DNA from: Bacillota bacterium
GTDB lineage: Bacteria > Bacillota > Clostridia > Christensenellales > UMGS416
DNA: 63,775 nt
NCBI GenBank assembly: GCA_023428265.1
Contig: JAEYYW010000185.1
Coordinates: 1-63,775, forward strand
Direction: 5' to 3'
Shown one piece after another: positions 35,671-46,236 of this stretch. Below the pieces are notes generated by a model. It was not told where the DNA came from and searched no databases. It saw only the letters and a program-made list of their open reading frames with translations. Numbering within the stretch: position 1 is the stretch's first letter; every line of letters starts with the position of its first letter. Made by a program: the position numbers and the translations under genes.

Positions 35671-35696
35671 AGAAAAAGCCGGGCTCTCACCCGGCT
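35671..35696 (-). terminator. Intrinsic terminator after the hemerythrin gene
   Basis: Minus strand: AGCCGGG-tgagag-CCCGGCT followed by TTTTTCT. Confidence 0.75.
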
Positions 35697-35721
35697 TTCA
35701 TCGCTGAATACGGCTTGACGA

Positions 35722-36126
35722 TTACGCCTGCCCGCTGGCTCTGATGTGCCTGCCAATATCCGAATCCTGCCGGCTGATGTGGTTGACCAGCCAGTTGGAC
35801 ACCGTCATCGCGATCATCGTGCTCCCTGCGGAGGTGACGCCGTTTTTCTCAATGTCCGCCGTCATTGTCTTCACCGTCTCCAGGAAATCCTTGTGCAGCT
35901 TGCGGTGCTCCTGATACTTCGGGTAGTTGTAGCGCACCTGAATGGCCTCTTCGTCGCGGAAGTGGTTCACCACATAGCTGGACAGAAACGCCAGCACCTT
36001 CAGCGTCTCCTCCTTACCGCTTTGGCTGCGAAGCGCGGCAAAAAACTGATTCACCCGGTTGATCAGCTCCTTATGCTGGTTGTCGATCGTGTCCACACCG
36101 ACGGATAGATTATCTGCCCATTCCAT
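35722..36126 (-). CDS. Bacteriohemerythrin (hemerythrin-like metal-binding protein)
   Basis: MEWADNLSVGVDTIDNQHKELINRVNQF...HFRDEE...YPKYQEHRKLH...NHI..QD are hemerythrin His/Glu/Asp ligand motifs. The start was moved to ATG 36126. Confidence 0.85.
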   Translation of the reverse strand: MEWADNLSVGVDTIDNQHKELINRVNQFFAALRSQSGKEETLKVLAFLSSYVVNHFRDEEAIQVRYNYPKYQEHRKLHKDFLETVKTMTADIEKNGVTSAGSTMIAMTVSNWLVNHISRQDSDIGRHIRASGQA

Positions 36127-36183
36127 ATTCATTCATCTCCAGTTGTCCATTTCTGAATAGATGCCCATATGAGCATATTTTGA

Positions 36184-36222
36184 AACATCGGAAAGGCCGG
36201 GCAGCCCAATGGTCGCCCGGCC
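36184..36222 (-). terminator. Hairpin terminator after MCP-1
   Basis: ggccgggc...gcccggcc stem. The minus strand is followed by TTTCCGATGTTTC. A paralogous structure follows MCP-2. Confidence 0.5.
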
Positions 36223-37186
36223 TCCAGATGCAAACTGTCAATCAGTATTTGCCAAACTCCCGGTCATTGAGGGCAATGCCCGGCTTGCGGGGCGTATAGC
36301 CAGTGCCGATGGCTTTGCCCTCGCCCTTGGGCTGGAACGCGGCGCGCTGCCCGCCGGCCACGGACTGGCCCCTCAGGCTGAAGCGGCCCACCATCTCCAT
36401 CAGCAGCGTCGCCTGGCCGGAGAGTTCCTGGCTGGTGGCGGCACTTTCCTCGGCAGTGGCAGAGTTGGTCTGGGTGACCTGGCTCACCTGCTCGATGCCA
36501 AGGTTCACCTGGGCCACGGCGGTGGCCTGGTCATTGGAGGCCGTGGCAATGCCGCTTATCAGCTCCGCCGCCTTCTCTGCGCCCTCCACAATCCCGGTGA
36601 GCGCTTCGGCGGTATCGTTGGCAATCACGGTGCCGGCCTTTACCTTCCGGATCGATTCCTCAATGAGCGCCGTGGTTTCCTTGGCGGCGCCGGCGCTGCG
36701 CTGGGCCAGGCTGCGCACCTCTTCGGCCACCACCGCAAAGCCCTTACCGTGCTGGCCGGCGCGGGCCGCCTCCACGGCGGCGTTCAGCGCCAGCAGGTTG
36801 GTCTGGAAGGCGATCTCATCGATCACCTTGATGATCCTGGATATGCTGGACGATGCCATGTTGATCTCGTCCATGGATTTCTGCAGCTCTTGCATGCGCT
36901 CATTGCCATCCTGCGCGTTGGCACGGGCAGACACAGCCAAGTTGCTTGCTTCACTGGCGTGCATTGCGTTCCGGCGGGTCTGCCCCGCAATCTCATGGAG
37001 CGATGCGGTGAGCTCCTCGATGGCACCGGCCTGCTCGGTGGCGCCCTGGCTTAAGGCCTGACTGCCGAAGGCCACTTGCCGGGTGCCGGAGGCAACCTGT
37101 TCGGCGGCGCTGTTGATGTCGCTCAGCGTCTGGTTCAGCGTGTCCAGCACGCTGTTGATGGATTGCGACAGATTGGCAAAGGATCC
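36190..37186. repeat. Copy A of a roughly 1-kb near-identical segment shared by the two MCP genes (3' 945 nt plus terminator)
   Basis: The nucleotide run from tcagtatttgccaaactcccggtcattgagggcaatgcccggcttgcgggg onward is nearly the same as at 38776 onward. The last 314 aa align with only scattered substitutions. Confidence 0.8.
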
Positions 37187-38584
37187 CCGGTATTCGCCAT
37201 TCATACAAACGGTGAAGTCGTTGCCGGCCATCACCTCCAGCACGCCGCGGGCTTCATTCAGAGGGGTTGCGACAGCGTCGATGATGCCGTTGATGCCGGC
37301 GACCAGCTGGCTGTATTTGCCCTCATAACGGCTGGCGTCCAGACGTTTGTCCAGGTTGCCGGCAGCCGCTTCCGCAGAAATGCTGTTGGCGTCGATGACC
37401 AGGTCGTCCAGGGTCCGGAGCATTCTGATCGCAGCGGGCAGCATCCGGTCGTTTTCACTGTGCGCGCCGATCCGCTCAAAATCCTCCAGTTGCGACAGAT
37501 CGCCGTTAGCCATGTTGATGAACACCTGCTGGATTGTATGCAGACGCAGTATGATCTCGTTGACGGCATTTGCCATCACCTTCATTTCGCCTTCATAGCT
37601 GCCATTGACCGTGGCCGTCAGGTCATTGACCGCCACCCGGTCCAGCACGGCGATGACTTCCTGAACCGGCGCCACAATCGCTTCCAGCACCTCGTTGAAG
37701 CCCTCAACGATGCGCCTGTATTCGCCTTTGTGGCGGGAGGCATCCGCCCGGGTGCCCAGCGCTCCGTTTTTTGCAGAATCCAGCATCAGGTGAATGTCTG
37801 ACATCAGCAAATCAATGGATCCCACAACGCTCTGGAATGAATCGGCCACGGTGCCGATCTCATCACGATTGGTCAGCTGAATGTTGATGTTGGTCTGCCC
37901 CTCCGCAAGGCTGTCGGCGCCGCGGGCGATCATTGCCAGCGGCCGGCTGATTGACCGCGAAAGCCTGACGCCGAGAACCAGCACCAGAATGATCATCAGC
38001 ACGATAGCGCCCGTCATGATGCCCACTTCCACCCACATCTCGCGCGTATACTCCAGGATGCTTCGTTCAGCATCCTTGGAAGAAGACGCCATGGTGTTTT
38101 TGATCACGACACTTGCGGAGCTGACCACATCAGCCATCTCCTGGCTGTTCATCTGGCGGAACGCCTGCTCGTCATGGCCCTCCAGCGCCAGCTGGATTAC
38201 GGACTCCATGGCATTGCGATAGTCCGCAATCACTGACTGCAGCTGCTCATATGCCAATGAGTTGCCCGTATCACGCAGGCTGATCAGATATTGATCCAGC
38301 GCATTGTTTTTGCTGGAGATCTCCTGGGCATATTCCCGATCCTTCTGGCTGTCCTTCTCAATCAGCAAATTGCGGAGATTGGTCTGATTCTGATGAAACG
38401 CCGTCGAAATCTGGCCGATGATCCCTTGTGTGCCGCTGTGAACCTCTACGAGTCTGGCGCTCTTGCTATTGGCAATGATCATCCCGGCAATGCCGATTCC
38501 ACCGGCCAGCAGCGCGAGAACGGAGATTACAGCAAACGTGACAAACAATCTGGCAGAAATGCTCGAGAGTCTCTTTTTCCTCAT
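36242..38584 (-). CDS. Methyl-accepting chemotaxis protein with a periplasmic 4-helix-bundle sensor, HAMP, a long cytoplasmic linker region and an MA domain
   Basis: TM1, about 150 aa of helical ectodomain, TM2, HAMP, then the MA domain with [35 protein letters not shown]. The start was moved to ATG 38584 (AGGAGA SD). Confidence 0.9.
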   Translation of the reverse strand: MRKKRLSSISARLFVTFAVISVLALLAGGIGIAGMIIANSKSARLVEVHSGTQGIIGQISTAFHQNQTNLRNLLIEKDSQKDREYAQEISSKNNALDQYLISLRDTGNSLAYEQLQSVIADYRNAMESVIQLALEGHDEQAFRQMNSQEMADVVSSASVVIKNTMASSSKDAERSILEYTREMWVEVGIMTGAIVLMIILVLVLGVRLSRSISRPLAMIARGADSLAEGQTNINIQLTNRDEIGTVADSFQSVVGSIDLLMSDIHLMLDSAKNGALGTRADASRHKGEYRRIVEGFNEVLEAIVAPVQEVIAVLDRVAVNDLTATVNGSYEGEMKVMANAVNEIILRLHTIQQVFINMANGDLSQLEDFERIGAHSENDRMLPAAIRMLRTLDDLVIDANSISAEAAAGNLDKRLDASRYEGKYSQLVAGINGIIDAVATPLNEARGVLEVMAGNDFTVCMNGEYRGSFANLSQSINSVLDTLNQTLSDINSAAEQVASGTRQVAFGSQALSQGATEQAGAIEELTASLHEIAGQTRRNAMHASEASNLAVSARANAQDGNERMQELQKSMDEINMASSSISRIIKVIDEIAFQTNLLALNAAVEAARAGQHGKGFAVVAEEVRSLAQRSAGAAKETTALIEESIRKVKAGTVIANDTAEALTGIVEGAEKAAELISGIATASNDQATAVAQVNLGIEQVSQVTQTNSATAEESAATSQELSGQATLLMEMVGRFSLRGQSVAGGQRAAFQPKGEGKAIGTGYTPRKPGIALNDREFGKY

Positions 38585-38724
38585 ACAGTTGGCTTCTCCT
38601 GAAAACAGGGGGAACATTTAGATCGTCAAAACAGCGACCCACATCCTGTCGGAGAATAGTTACCCGTCGGCTCCGAGATCTAAACCGTTTGGCCCGACCA
38701 CCTTATCAGCCGCCGATCCATTGC

Positions 38725-39720
38725 CATGCAAAAAGGCCGGGCGCCCATTGGGCCCCGGCCTTGCGGATCAGCGGATCAGTATTTGCCAAACTCCCGGTCA
38801 TTGAGGGCAATGCCCGGCTTGCGGGGCGCGCGGCCAGAACCGATGGCTTTGCCCTCGCCCTTGGGCTGGAACGCGGCGCGCTGCCCGCCGGCCACGGACT
38901 GGCCCCTCAGGCTAAAGCGGCCCACCATCTCCATCAGCAGCGTCGCCTGGCTGGAAAGCTGCTCGCTGGCGGCGGCGCTTTCCTCGGCGGTGGCCGAGTT
39001 GGTCTGAGTGACCTGGCTCACCTGCTCGATGCCGCGGTTCACCTGGGCCACGGCGGTGGCCTGCTCGTTGGAGGCTGTGGCGATGCCCCCCACCAGATCG
39101 GTGGCCTTTTCCACGCCGTCCACGATCCGGTTGAGCGCCTCGGCAGTGCCGTTGGCGATCTTGGTGCCGGCCTTCACCTTCTTGATTGACTCCTCAATGA
39201 GAGCCGTGGTTTCCTTGGCGGCACCGGCGCTGCGCTGGGCCAGGTTGCGCACCTCTTCGGCCACCACCGCAAAGCCCTTGCCGTGCTGCCCGGCGCGGGC
39301 AGCTTCCACGGCGGCGTTCAGCGCCAGCAGGTTGGTCTGGAAGGCGATCTCGTCGATCACCTTGATGATCTTGGAAATGCTGGCGGAAGCCTCGTTGATC
39401 TCGCCCATGGCAAGCTGAAGCTCCTTCATGCGGCCGTTACCGTCCACCGCGTTGTCGCGGGCGGACACTGCCAGGTCGCTGGCCTCGCCGGCGTGTATGG
39501 CGTTCTGGCGGGTCTGCCCCGCAATCTCATTGAGCGATGCGGTGAGCTCCTCAATGGCGCCGGCCTGCTCGGTGGCGCCCTGGCTCAGGGCCTGGCTACC
39601 GGAGGCAACCTGCCGGGTGCCGGAGGCAACCTGCTCGGCGGCGTTGTTGATGTCGCTCAAGGTCTGGTTCAGTGTGTCCAGCACGCTGTTGATGGACTGC
39701 GACAGGTTGGCGAAGGAGCC
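38725..39720. repeat. Copy B of the near-identical MCP 3' segment
   Basis: See copy A. Similarity continues upstream at a lower level through the cytoplasmic linker region. Confidence 0.8.
38729..38761 (-). terminator. Intrinsic terminator after MCP-2
   Basis: aggccggg...ccccggcct stem. The minus strand is followed by TTTTTGC. Confidence 0.7.
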
Positions 39721-40686
39721 TTGATAGCCGTCGCTCATGCCGGTGGTGAAATCGTTGGACGCCATGCCTTCCAGCACCACGCGGGCTTCGTTGAGCGGCG
39801 CGGCGATGGCATCGATGATGCTGTTGATGCCGGCGATCAACTGACTGTATTTGCCCTCATAGCGGCCGGCATCCACGCGGACGTCCAGGTTGCCGCTCAC
39901 AGCCTCCTCGGTGAGGTGGTTAGCATCGTTGATCAGCTCATTGAGCGTGTTTTTGGTCTTGATGATGGCGGGCACCATCAGGTCGTTCTCACTGCGGGGG
40001 CCGGCCTGCTCAAACTCCTCCAGCTTGGACCAATCGCCGCGGGCCAGGTCGATGAACACATTCTGTATGCCGATCATGTGGTCGATCGTGGTGTTCACGG
40101 CGCGGGCCAGCACCTTCATGTCTCCGCTGTAGGTGCCGCTGAGGCGCTCTGTGAGGTCATTGTTGGAAATGTTCATCAGCACCGAGATGGATTGGTCCAC
40201 CGGTGCGATGATCGCTTCCAGCGCTGTATTGAAGCTTTCAATGATCTTTCCGTATTCACCCTGATGCTGGGAAGCGTCCACACGGATGGCCAGCTTGCCG
40301 GCGAGCAGGGAGCTGGCCAACATGTTTGTATCGGCAAGCAGGCGGTTCATTGCGTCCGCCATGTTTTTGCATGCTGCCGCCAACTGCGCGACCTCGTCGC
40401 GGCCCTTCACTTCCACCTGCACATCCATGTCACCTGCGGCAAGCTTATCAGCCACGATCACCAACTTGCTCATCGGCTTGCTGATGCTGCGGGCGACCAC
40501 CTGAGACAGGACGACCGAAACGACAATGGAGGCGACGCCAAAGACGACCAGGAAATTCATCCACATGCCTTTATGGGCGGTATCATTGATGCCGAGCAAG
40601 CCAAAGACAGCCACGGCGATGGTAAACAACACCACAATCCCAAATGATAAGGTCAGCTTCCCAAGGATCTTCATGTTTTTCAACAT
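38776..40686 (-). CDS. Methyl-accepting chemotaxis protein lacking a periplasmic sensor (TM hairpin, HAMP, long cytoplasmic region, MA domain)
   Basis: TM1 [23 protein letters not shown], a 9-aa loop, TM2 [22 protein letters not shown], then HAMP and the same MA domain as MCP-1. Confidence 0.9.
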   Translation of the reverse strand: MLKNMKILGKLTLSFGIVVLFTIAVAVFGLLGINDTAHKGMWMNFLVVFGVASIVVSVVLSQVVARSISKPMSKLVIVADKLAAGDMDVQVEVKGRDEVAQLAAACKNMADAMNRLLADTNMLASSLLAGKLAIRVDASQHQGEYGKIIESFNTALEAIIAPVDQSISVLMNISNNDLTERLSGTYSGDMKVLARAVNTTIDHMIGIQNVFIDLARGDWSKLEEFEQAGPRSENDLMVPAIIKTKNTLNELINDANHLTEEAVSGNLDVRVDAGRYEGKYSQLIAGINSIIDAIAAPLNEARVVLEGMASNDFTTGMSDGYQGSFANLSQSINSVLDTLNQTLSDINNAAEQVASGTRQVASGSQALSQGATEQAGAIEELTASLNEIAGQTRQNAIHAGEASDLAVSARDNAVDGNGRMKELQLAMGEINEASASISKIIKVIDEIAFQTNLLALNAAVEAARAGQHGKGFAVVAEEVRNLAQRSAGAAKETTALIEESIKKVKAGTKIANGTAEALNRIVDGVEKATDLVGGIATASNEQATAVAQVNRGIEQVSQVTQTNSATAEESAAASEQLSSQATLLMEMVGRFSLRGQSVAGGQRAAFQPKGEGKAIGSGRAPRKPGIALNDREFGKY

Positions 40687-40839
40687 AAGCCAGTTCCTTT
40701 CCTCGCAAATAGTAAACCCCGGAATATGTGCATAGTTTACATATGCCCGTCAATCCGGCGCCCAAACAAAGAATTCCGGCTTATTTTGTAGAATTTGAGG
40801 CGAATCAGCGCAAGGCACACTCCCGTGTGCCAATCAAAA

Positions 40840-42465
40840 TCACTGCATTTGATAAGCGAAAATGGCAGGCGGCTCTGATGAAAGAAATAGATTTGCCTCC
40901 CCAAGGTCATAAGCCGGCAGCGAAACTGCCGCCGGATCACTGGGGGAAGGCGTGCCCGACGGCGCCGGCGATGCGGTTTGAGGCGCGGTGGGAGTTGCTG
41001 AGGGCGGCGCGGTGGGGATGCCGTCGATGGGGTTGTAGACAATCACCTCGCTGGACGCGGGATAATAGCTTTCATGCTGCTTCACCCGGCGAACCTCCTT
41101 GCCGTCAAGCAGGAAAAGCTTGTAGGTGGTGTAATATTGCCCGTCACGGGCCTTGTTGGTTTCAGTGGTGCCCGGCTTGACAGCGTCGCTGGGAACATAG
41201 CGGGGCGGGCCAGACGGGGCCGGCACCGTTTTCGTGCGCTCGGACTTCAGCTCGATTGTGACGCCGTTTTCCAGCGGCAAGCCATAGACTTCCCCATAAA
41301 GCTTATATACATTTTTCTCCACGGCCACATACAGGATCACCAGCACAGGGGCTTCCTTGTTGTTTTTGATCTTCAAATCCAGGTTGGGCCAGTTCACCGT
41401 GGCGTCTTCCCCGGCCTTCATATAGGAGGATTTCAGAGAGTGGTTTGTGCGCTCCGTAATCTCCAAATCTGCCCGTACGGCCACATTCCACAGCGTGCCG
41501 GACACCTGGCAGGCGCCGCCGGCAAGGCCGTTGTCCGTCACGCCGCCGTTGATCACATGGGCGACCTGATAGCCCTTGTCCGCCGTGCGCTGGCCGGTGG
41601 CCTCGTTGAAGCTCAGCACCTCGCCCGGTTGCAGGATCCTGCCGCTGATGGCGGCGCTGGAGATTGTGATGTTGGTGAGCCGGGGCCTGGAGTGATCTCT
41701 GATCACCGAGTTCCAGCGGCGCACCAGCTTCATGCGGTTTTGCAGATCCTCAAGCTTCACAGCCGCCTCAACATGCTGGGTCTGCATTGTGACAGTGCCA
41801 AAAGTCCGGTTCACAAAGGCATCTCGCACGGCGGCCCAAAGCCCGTCGGCATCCACACGCTCGCCCGGCACATCCGCGGAAAAGCTCAGGCGCTCCCCAT
41901 CAGGCTTGGTCACATCATAGCCCAGATAGGCAGCGTCCACAGGCGCCTTCTCAAAGGGCAGCACCAAATCCCTCACACGCTGCTCCAGCGCCGAAGGATC
42001 AATCTGCATCGTGGTGCTAAAATATGCCGGGGTTTGTTTCAATTGCTCAATGGCCGCCAGCCGCACACTCTCGGTGCCCTCACGGCCCTTTCGCCACGCG
42101 TCATCCAAAACAATGTCCGTGTCAAACGAATAGCTTGTTTCCGACACGCCGTATTGCCAGCGCTGGCCATCTTTCTCCACTGTGACCGACGAGGACTCCA
42201 CAGTTTGCCGCTGCTTGGCCTCCACGCGCTCCCTGGCCTGCTGGCGGGTCAGCCCGGCCAACGGCAGACCATCCACAAACACGCCCTCATAAAAGGTGTC
42301 ACTGTTTAGTATTCTGCGCTCGGCAGGCGTGATGAGCGCCGTCCATCCCAGCAGGTATGCCGCCAGAAAGCCGCCCAGCGCCAGCACAACGGCGGATAAG
42401 GCGATGATCAGCACCGCCACGCGGGACAAACCCTTTTTTTCGCCGTCGTGATCAACCCGCTTCAT
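40840..42465 (-). CDS. VanW-domain cell-envelope protein (YoaR-like), paralog 1
   Basis: N-terminal TM anchor, PG_binding_4-like region (TFYEGVFVDGLPLAGLTRQQA), VanW core ISGRILQPGEVLSFNEATGQRTADKGY...GGACQVSGTLWNV...ERTNHS, G5-like segment, Pro/Ser/Thr/Ala-rich tail. Confidence 0.8.
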   Translation of the reverse strand: MKRVDHDGEKKGLSRVAVLIIALSAVVLALGGFLAAYLLGWTALITPAERRILNSDTFYEGVFVDGLPLAGLTRQQARERVEAKQRQTVESSSVTVEKDGQRWQYGVSETSYSFDTDIVLDDAWRKGREGTESVRLAAIEQLKQTPAYFSTTMQIDPSALEQRVRDLVLPFEKAPVDAAYLGYDVTKPDGERLSFSADVPGERVDADGLWAAVRDAFVNRTFGTVTMQTQHVEAAVKLEDLQNRMKLVRRWNSVIRDHSRPRLTNITISSAAISGRILQPGEVLSFNEATGQRTADKGYQVAHVINGGVTDNGLAGGACQVSGTLWNVAVRADLEITERTNHSLKSSYMKAGEDATVNWPNLDLKIKNNKEAPVLVILYVAVEKNVYKLYGEVYGLPLENGVTIELKSERTKTVPAPSGPPRYVPSDAVKPGTTETNKARDGQYYTTYKLFLLDGKEVRRVKQHESYYPASSEVIVYNPIDGIPTAPPSATPTAPQTASPAPSGTPSPSDPAAVSLPAYDLGEANLFLSSEPPAIFAYQMQ

Positions 42466-42603
42466 GGAACACCTCGTACATCACAGATTCTTTCGGCTTT
42501 AGTATTCCATGGGGCAAAGAATTTTGAGTTGGTAATTTTATGATCGGAACAAAACAAAGAAAACGCCCCCGCAGAAGCGAGGGCGCCAAGTGCATTGCAG
42601 GGC

Positions 42604-44262
42604 TCAGCCAACCGCCGTGGGCTCCGGAGAGGGCGACGGCGAAGGTGTTGCCGGGACGGGCGTGGGCGAGTGGGGAGCGGGCGTCGCCGTGCGCGTGGGT
42701 GCGGGCGTCGCTTCCGGCGTGGGAGACGGCGATGCCGTGGGAGTGGGCTTGGGATCCTTGTAGTAGTAGGCAATCACGTCGCTTGTGGCGGGATAGGTGT
42801 CTGTATACAGCTTCTTGACCAGGATCTCCTTGCCGTCTTTATCCACCTTGTAGAGAAAAACGTCTACCACAACGCCGTCACGGCCGCCGACATGCTCGAT
42901 TTTACCGGCACCTACAGCCTTGCTGGCAAAATAGATGGGCTTGTCGGAAACCTTCTTGGGGATCTTCTTCACCGTCTTGGTAACCAGCTTGTAGGAATAC
43001 GGATCATCTCCGGGCACACCATAAATCTCGGCGTGCTCATGGTAATCGTATTTCCGCGACGTGACCTTGTCGTAATAGACCACGATCAGCATCGGCTTGT
43101 CGGTGATATTCTTGAATCGGATGTCCTTTTTGGAATCAAAGTCCACCGTCGCGTCCTTGCCGAGACCCATGTAGCTGGAAGGAACGGAATGGTTCCTGCG
43201 CTCAACAATCTCAATCCGGTTGGGGCCGGCGTTGATCGCGGCGTTATATAGCGTGCCGGACACCTGGCAGACGCCGCCGGCGATGCCGATATCCTCCATG
43301 CCGCTTCTGTCAACGGGGGCGTCCTTATACCCTTTGGCTTCGGTGCGGGCGCCGGTGAGGCCGTTCATCGTGAAGATCTCACCGGGCATCAGGATCTTGC
43401 CGCTGATGGCCTTGTTGGCAAGGTTGATGTTGTTCAGGCGGGCTGCTTTGGAGTTTTTGATTTCCGTTTCATACACGCCGATCAGCTTCATCTCATTTTG
43501 AACACTTTCCAGCGTGATCGCCGCCGGCACCGGCACCACCTGCATCTCGACGGTGCCAAAGGCCCTGGTCTCAAACGCGGTCTTCACCGCGGCCCACAGG
43601 CTGTCGGCATCCACCTTTTCACCGGGTGTGTCCGGCGAGAACACCAGACGCTCGCCTTTCGGCTTCTCGATGTCATACTTCACAAAGGCAGCGTCCACGG
43701 CCGCTTTGGTATAAGGCTCAGCCAGATCGCGCACCTTCTGCTCCAGCGCGGCCGGATCGATCGTGGCGGTGGTCACAAGCTTGACCGGCGTGGTCTTCAG
43801 CAGTTCAACGGCTGCCTGCCGCTCCTCCTCGGTGCCCTGGCGGCCCTGTTGGAAGGCCTCGCTCAGGATCGCGTCGGTGTCAAAAGTGTAAGCCGTTTCC
43901 GCCATGCCAATCTGCAGTGCGGTCTGGCCGTCCTTCGTGATTGTGACGGAATTGGCAGCGATATATTCCTTCTGTTTGACCTCCACCTGCTGTTTAGCCT
44001 GCTCCATTGTCAGGCCGCCCAGGGCGATGTCATCCACGAAAATGCCTTCAGCAAATGTGTCGTTGTCTATCATCGGGCTGCCCGCACCCACAGTGGGTGT
44101 AGGATTAAAGCCGTCTACGTCGGGGTTCAGGAGCGCCATCACACCCACCGCCGTGCCGGCCAGAGCGATCAACACAACCACAAATACAGCGGCCTTGAGC
44201 CCCTGCGCCTTTTTTTTGCTCCGAGACCCTTTTCGGGATTGACCATATCGACCCATATTCAC
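42604..44262 (-). CDS. VanW-domain cell-envelope protein (YoaR-like), paralog 2
   Basis: Same architecture. VanW core ISGKILMPGEIFTMNGLTGARTEAKGY...GGVCQVSGTLYNA...ERRNHS. C-terminal PTPTASPSPTPEATPAPT... tail. Confidence 0.8.
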   Translation of the reverse strand: MNMGRYGQSRKGSRSKKKAQGLKAAVFVVVLIALAGTAVGVMALLNPDVDGFNPTPTVGAGSPMIDNDTFAEGIFVDDIALGGLTMEQAKQQVEVKQKEYIAANSVTITKDGQTALQIGMAETAYTFDTDAILSEAFQQGRQGTEEERQAAVELLKTTPVKLVTTATIDPAALEQKVRDLAEPYTKAAVDAAFVKYDIEKPKGERLVFSPDTPGEKVDADSLWAAVKTAFETRAFGTVEMQVVPVPAAITLESVQNEMKLIGVYETEIKNSKAARLNNINLANKAISGKILMPGEIFTMNGLTGARTEAKGYKDAPVDRSGMEDIGIAGGVCQVSGTLYNAAINAGPNRIEIVERRNHSVPSSYMGLGKDATVDFDSKKDIRFKNITDKPMLIVVYYDKVTSRKYDYHEHAEIYGVPGDDPYSYKLVTKTVKKIPKKVSDKPIYFASKAVGAGKIEHVGGRDGVVVDVFLYKVDKDGKEILVKKLYTDTYPATSDVIAYYYKDPKPTPTASPSPTPEATPAPTRTATPAPHSPTPVPATPSPSPSPEPTAVG

Positions 44263-44381
44263 ACTCCTATTTCTTACTCTACTTTATAGATGCATTGGAA
44301 AGGCATTTAGTTCCAACAATGAACAAACCTGCTATTTAAACAAAACGCCTGCCGCACGGGCAGGCGTTTGGAGACTTGCTG

Positions 44382-46046
44382 TCAGCCAGCCTGCGGCGAA
44401 TCCGCCGGGGGATCCGTTGCGGGAGCCGTAGTGGGAGCTGTCGTGGGGGCTTGCGTCGGCTTGGTGGTGGATGTTTCAGCCGGTGCTGTGGCATCCGGTG
44501 TGGCCGTTGCTTCCGGCGTGTCTGTCGGCACGGCATCCTTCTTATAGTAGGCCAGCACGTTACAGTCGGCCGGATAAGTGTCGGTATATAGCTTCTTGAC
44601 CTTTGTCTTTTTGCCATCCTTGTCAACCTTGACAAGGTAGACATCCACCACATAACCGTTGTGGGCCGGGATCAGCTCCGTCTGGCCCGGAGGCACCGCG
44701 CTGCTGGGCACCTTTCTGGTTTTGGTGGCATCGCCCTTGAGCGTTTTGACCACATCGCCCTGCAGCACATAGGTGGCGCCGGTGGGATCGGGCACACCAT
44801 AAAACTTGGCGTGCATGCGGTAGTCGAAGCCGGAGCGCTTGCTGTCGTAGTCATAGTAGACGATGATCAGGATCGGCTTGTCGCTGATGTTTTTGAACTT
44901 CAGATCCTTGTTGGGATAGTCCACCGTGGCGTCGGTGCCCTTGGCCATATAGCCGGACACCAGCGAGTGGTGGTTGCGCTCCACGATAGAGATGCGGTCG
45001 GGGCCGCAGGCTATCGCCGCGTTGTATAGAGCGCTGGAAACCTGGCAGACGCCGCCGCCCAGGCCCACGTCCTCAATGCCGTTTTGATCCACAGGAGCTT
45101 TCTGATAACCCTTGGCTTCCGTGCGTTCGCCCGTTTTCTCATTCATGGAGAACGTTTCGCCGGGCATCAGGATCAATCCACTGATTGCGGCGCTGGCAAG
45201 CTCAATGTTTTTGCGGCGCTGCTTTTTATAGTTCTTGATGTTGGACTCAAACTCGCCGATCAGCTGCATCTCGCCCTGCAGACCGGCCAGCGTGATTGCT
45301 GCCGGCATGGGCACCACCTGCATCTCAACGGTGCCGAAGGCCCTGGTCTCAAACGCGGTTTTCACCGCGGCCCACAGGCTGTCGGCATCCACCTTTTCAC
45401 CGGGGACGTCCGGCGTGAATACCAACCGCTCGCCCTCCGGCTTCTCCACGTCATACTTCACAAAGGTTGCGTCCACGGCGGCTTTGGTATAGGGCGTAAC
45501 CAGATCGCGCACCTTCTGCTCCACCGCGGCCGGATCAATTGTGGCGGTGGTCACCAGCTTGACCGGTGTGGTTTTCAGCCGCTCCTGCGCCGCAAGCTGC
45601 TCCTCCTTGGTGCCCTCATGGCCCTGCTTGAGGGCCTCGCCCATGATTGCGTCGGTGTCAAAAGTGCAAGCCGTCTCCGCCACGCCGATCTGCAAGGCGG
45701 TCTGCCCATCCTTGGTGATCGTGACGGAGTTGGCGGCCACAAATTCCTGTTGCTTGGCCTCCACCTTCTGTTTGGCCTGCTCCATTGTTAAGCCGCCCAG
45801 AGCGATGTCATCCACAAAAACGCCTTCCAGGAAAGTGCTCCCATCCAGGTCGGGGCCGCCTGTGCCGGTTGCCGTGGGCCCCGGGTTGTTGCCGCCGCCG
45901 CCGGGTTTCAGAAGTGCCATTACGCCGGCTGTTACACCAATCAGGAGGACCAATACCACCACCAGCGCCAGGGCGCCGGGCCTTCTGGTTTTCCTTCTGC
46001 GATTTCCAGAGCCGCTATTTCGAGATCTGTAGGTCCGATTCATCAA
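44382..46046 (-). CDS. VanW-domain cell-envelope protein (YoaR-like), paralog 3
   Basis: Same architecture. Long stretches are nearly identical to paralog 2 at the nucleotide level (for example, the ...GTVEMQVVP.PAAITL... region). It has a different Thr/Pro/Ala tail. Confidence 0.8.
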   Translation of the reverse strand: MMNRTYRSRNSGSGNRRRKTRRPGALALVVVLVLLIGVTAGVMALLKPGGGGNNPGPTATGTGGPDLDGSTFLEGVFVDDIALGGLTMEQAKQKVEAKQQEFVAANSVTITKDGQTALQIGVAETACTFDTDAIMGEALKQGHEGTKEEQLAAQERLKTTPVKLVTTATIDPAAVEQKVRDLVTPYTKAAVDATFVKYDVEKPEGERLVFTPDVPGEKVDADSLWAAVKTAFETRAFGTVEMQVVPMPAAITLAGLQGEMQLIGEFESNIKNYKKQRRKNIELASAAISGLILMPGETFSMNEKTGERTEAKGYQKAPVDQNGIEDVGLGGGVCQVSSALYNAAIACGPDRISIVERNHHSLVSGYMAKGTDATVDYPNKDLKFKNISDKPILIIVYYDYDSKRSGFDYRMHAKFYGVPDPTGATYVLQGDVVKTLKGDATKTRKVPSSAVPPGQTELIPAHNGYVVDVYLVKVDKDGKKTKVKKLYTDTYPADCNVLAYYKKDAVPTDTPEATATPDATAPAETSTTKPTQAPTTAPTTAPATDPPADSPQAG

Positions 46047-46236
46047 AGTATCCTCCGAGCCGAAGTTTCACCGGACATGGGCTCTATATCATTATTCCAA
46101 CTTTGCACATTTCTATATATAATAACCGATCGGCAGGCACATGTAAAGACAAACGCGCAGGCCAACAAGCGCCAAAGCGGTTACCCACCGGCGGCATAAA
46201 GCAGTATCTATCAGGCTAACCCCGGCCTGCCGGCAA

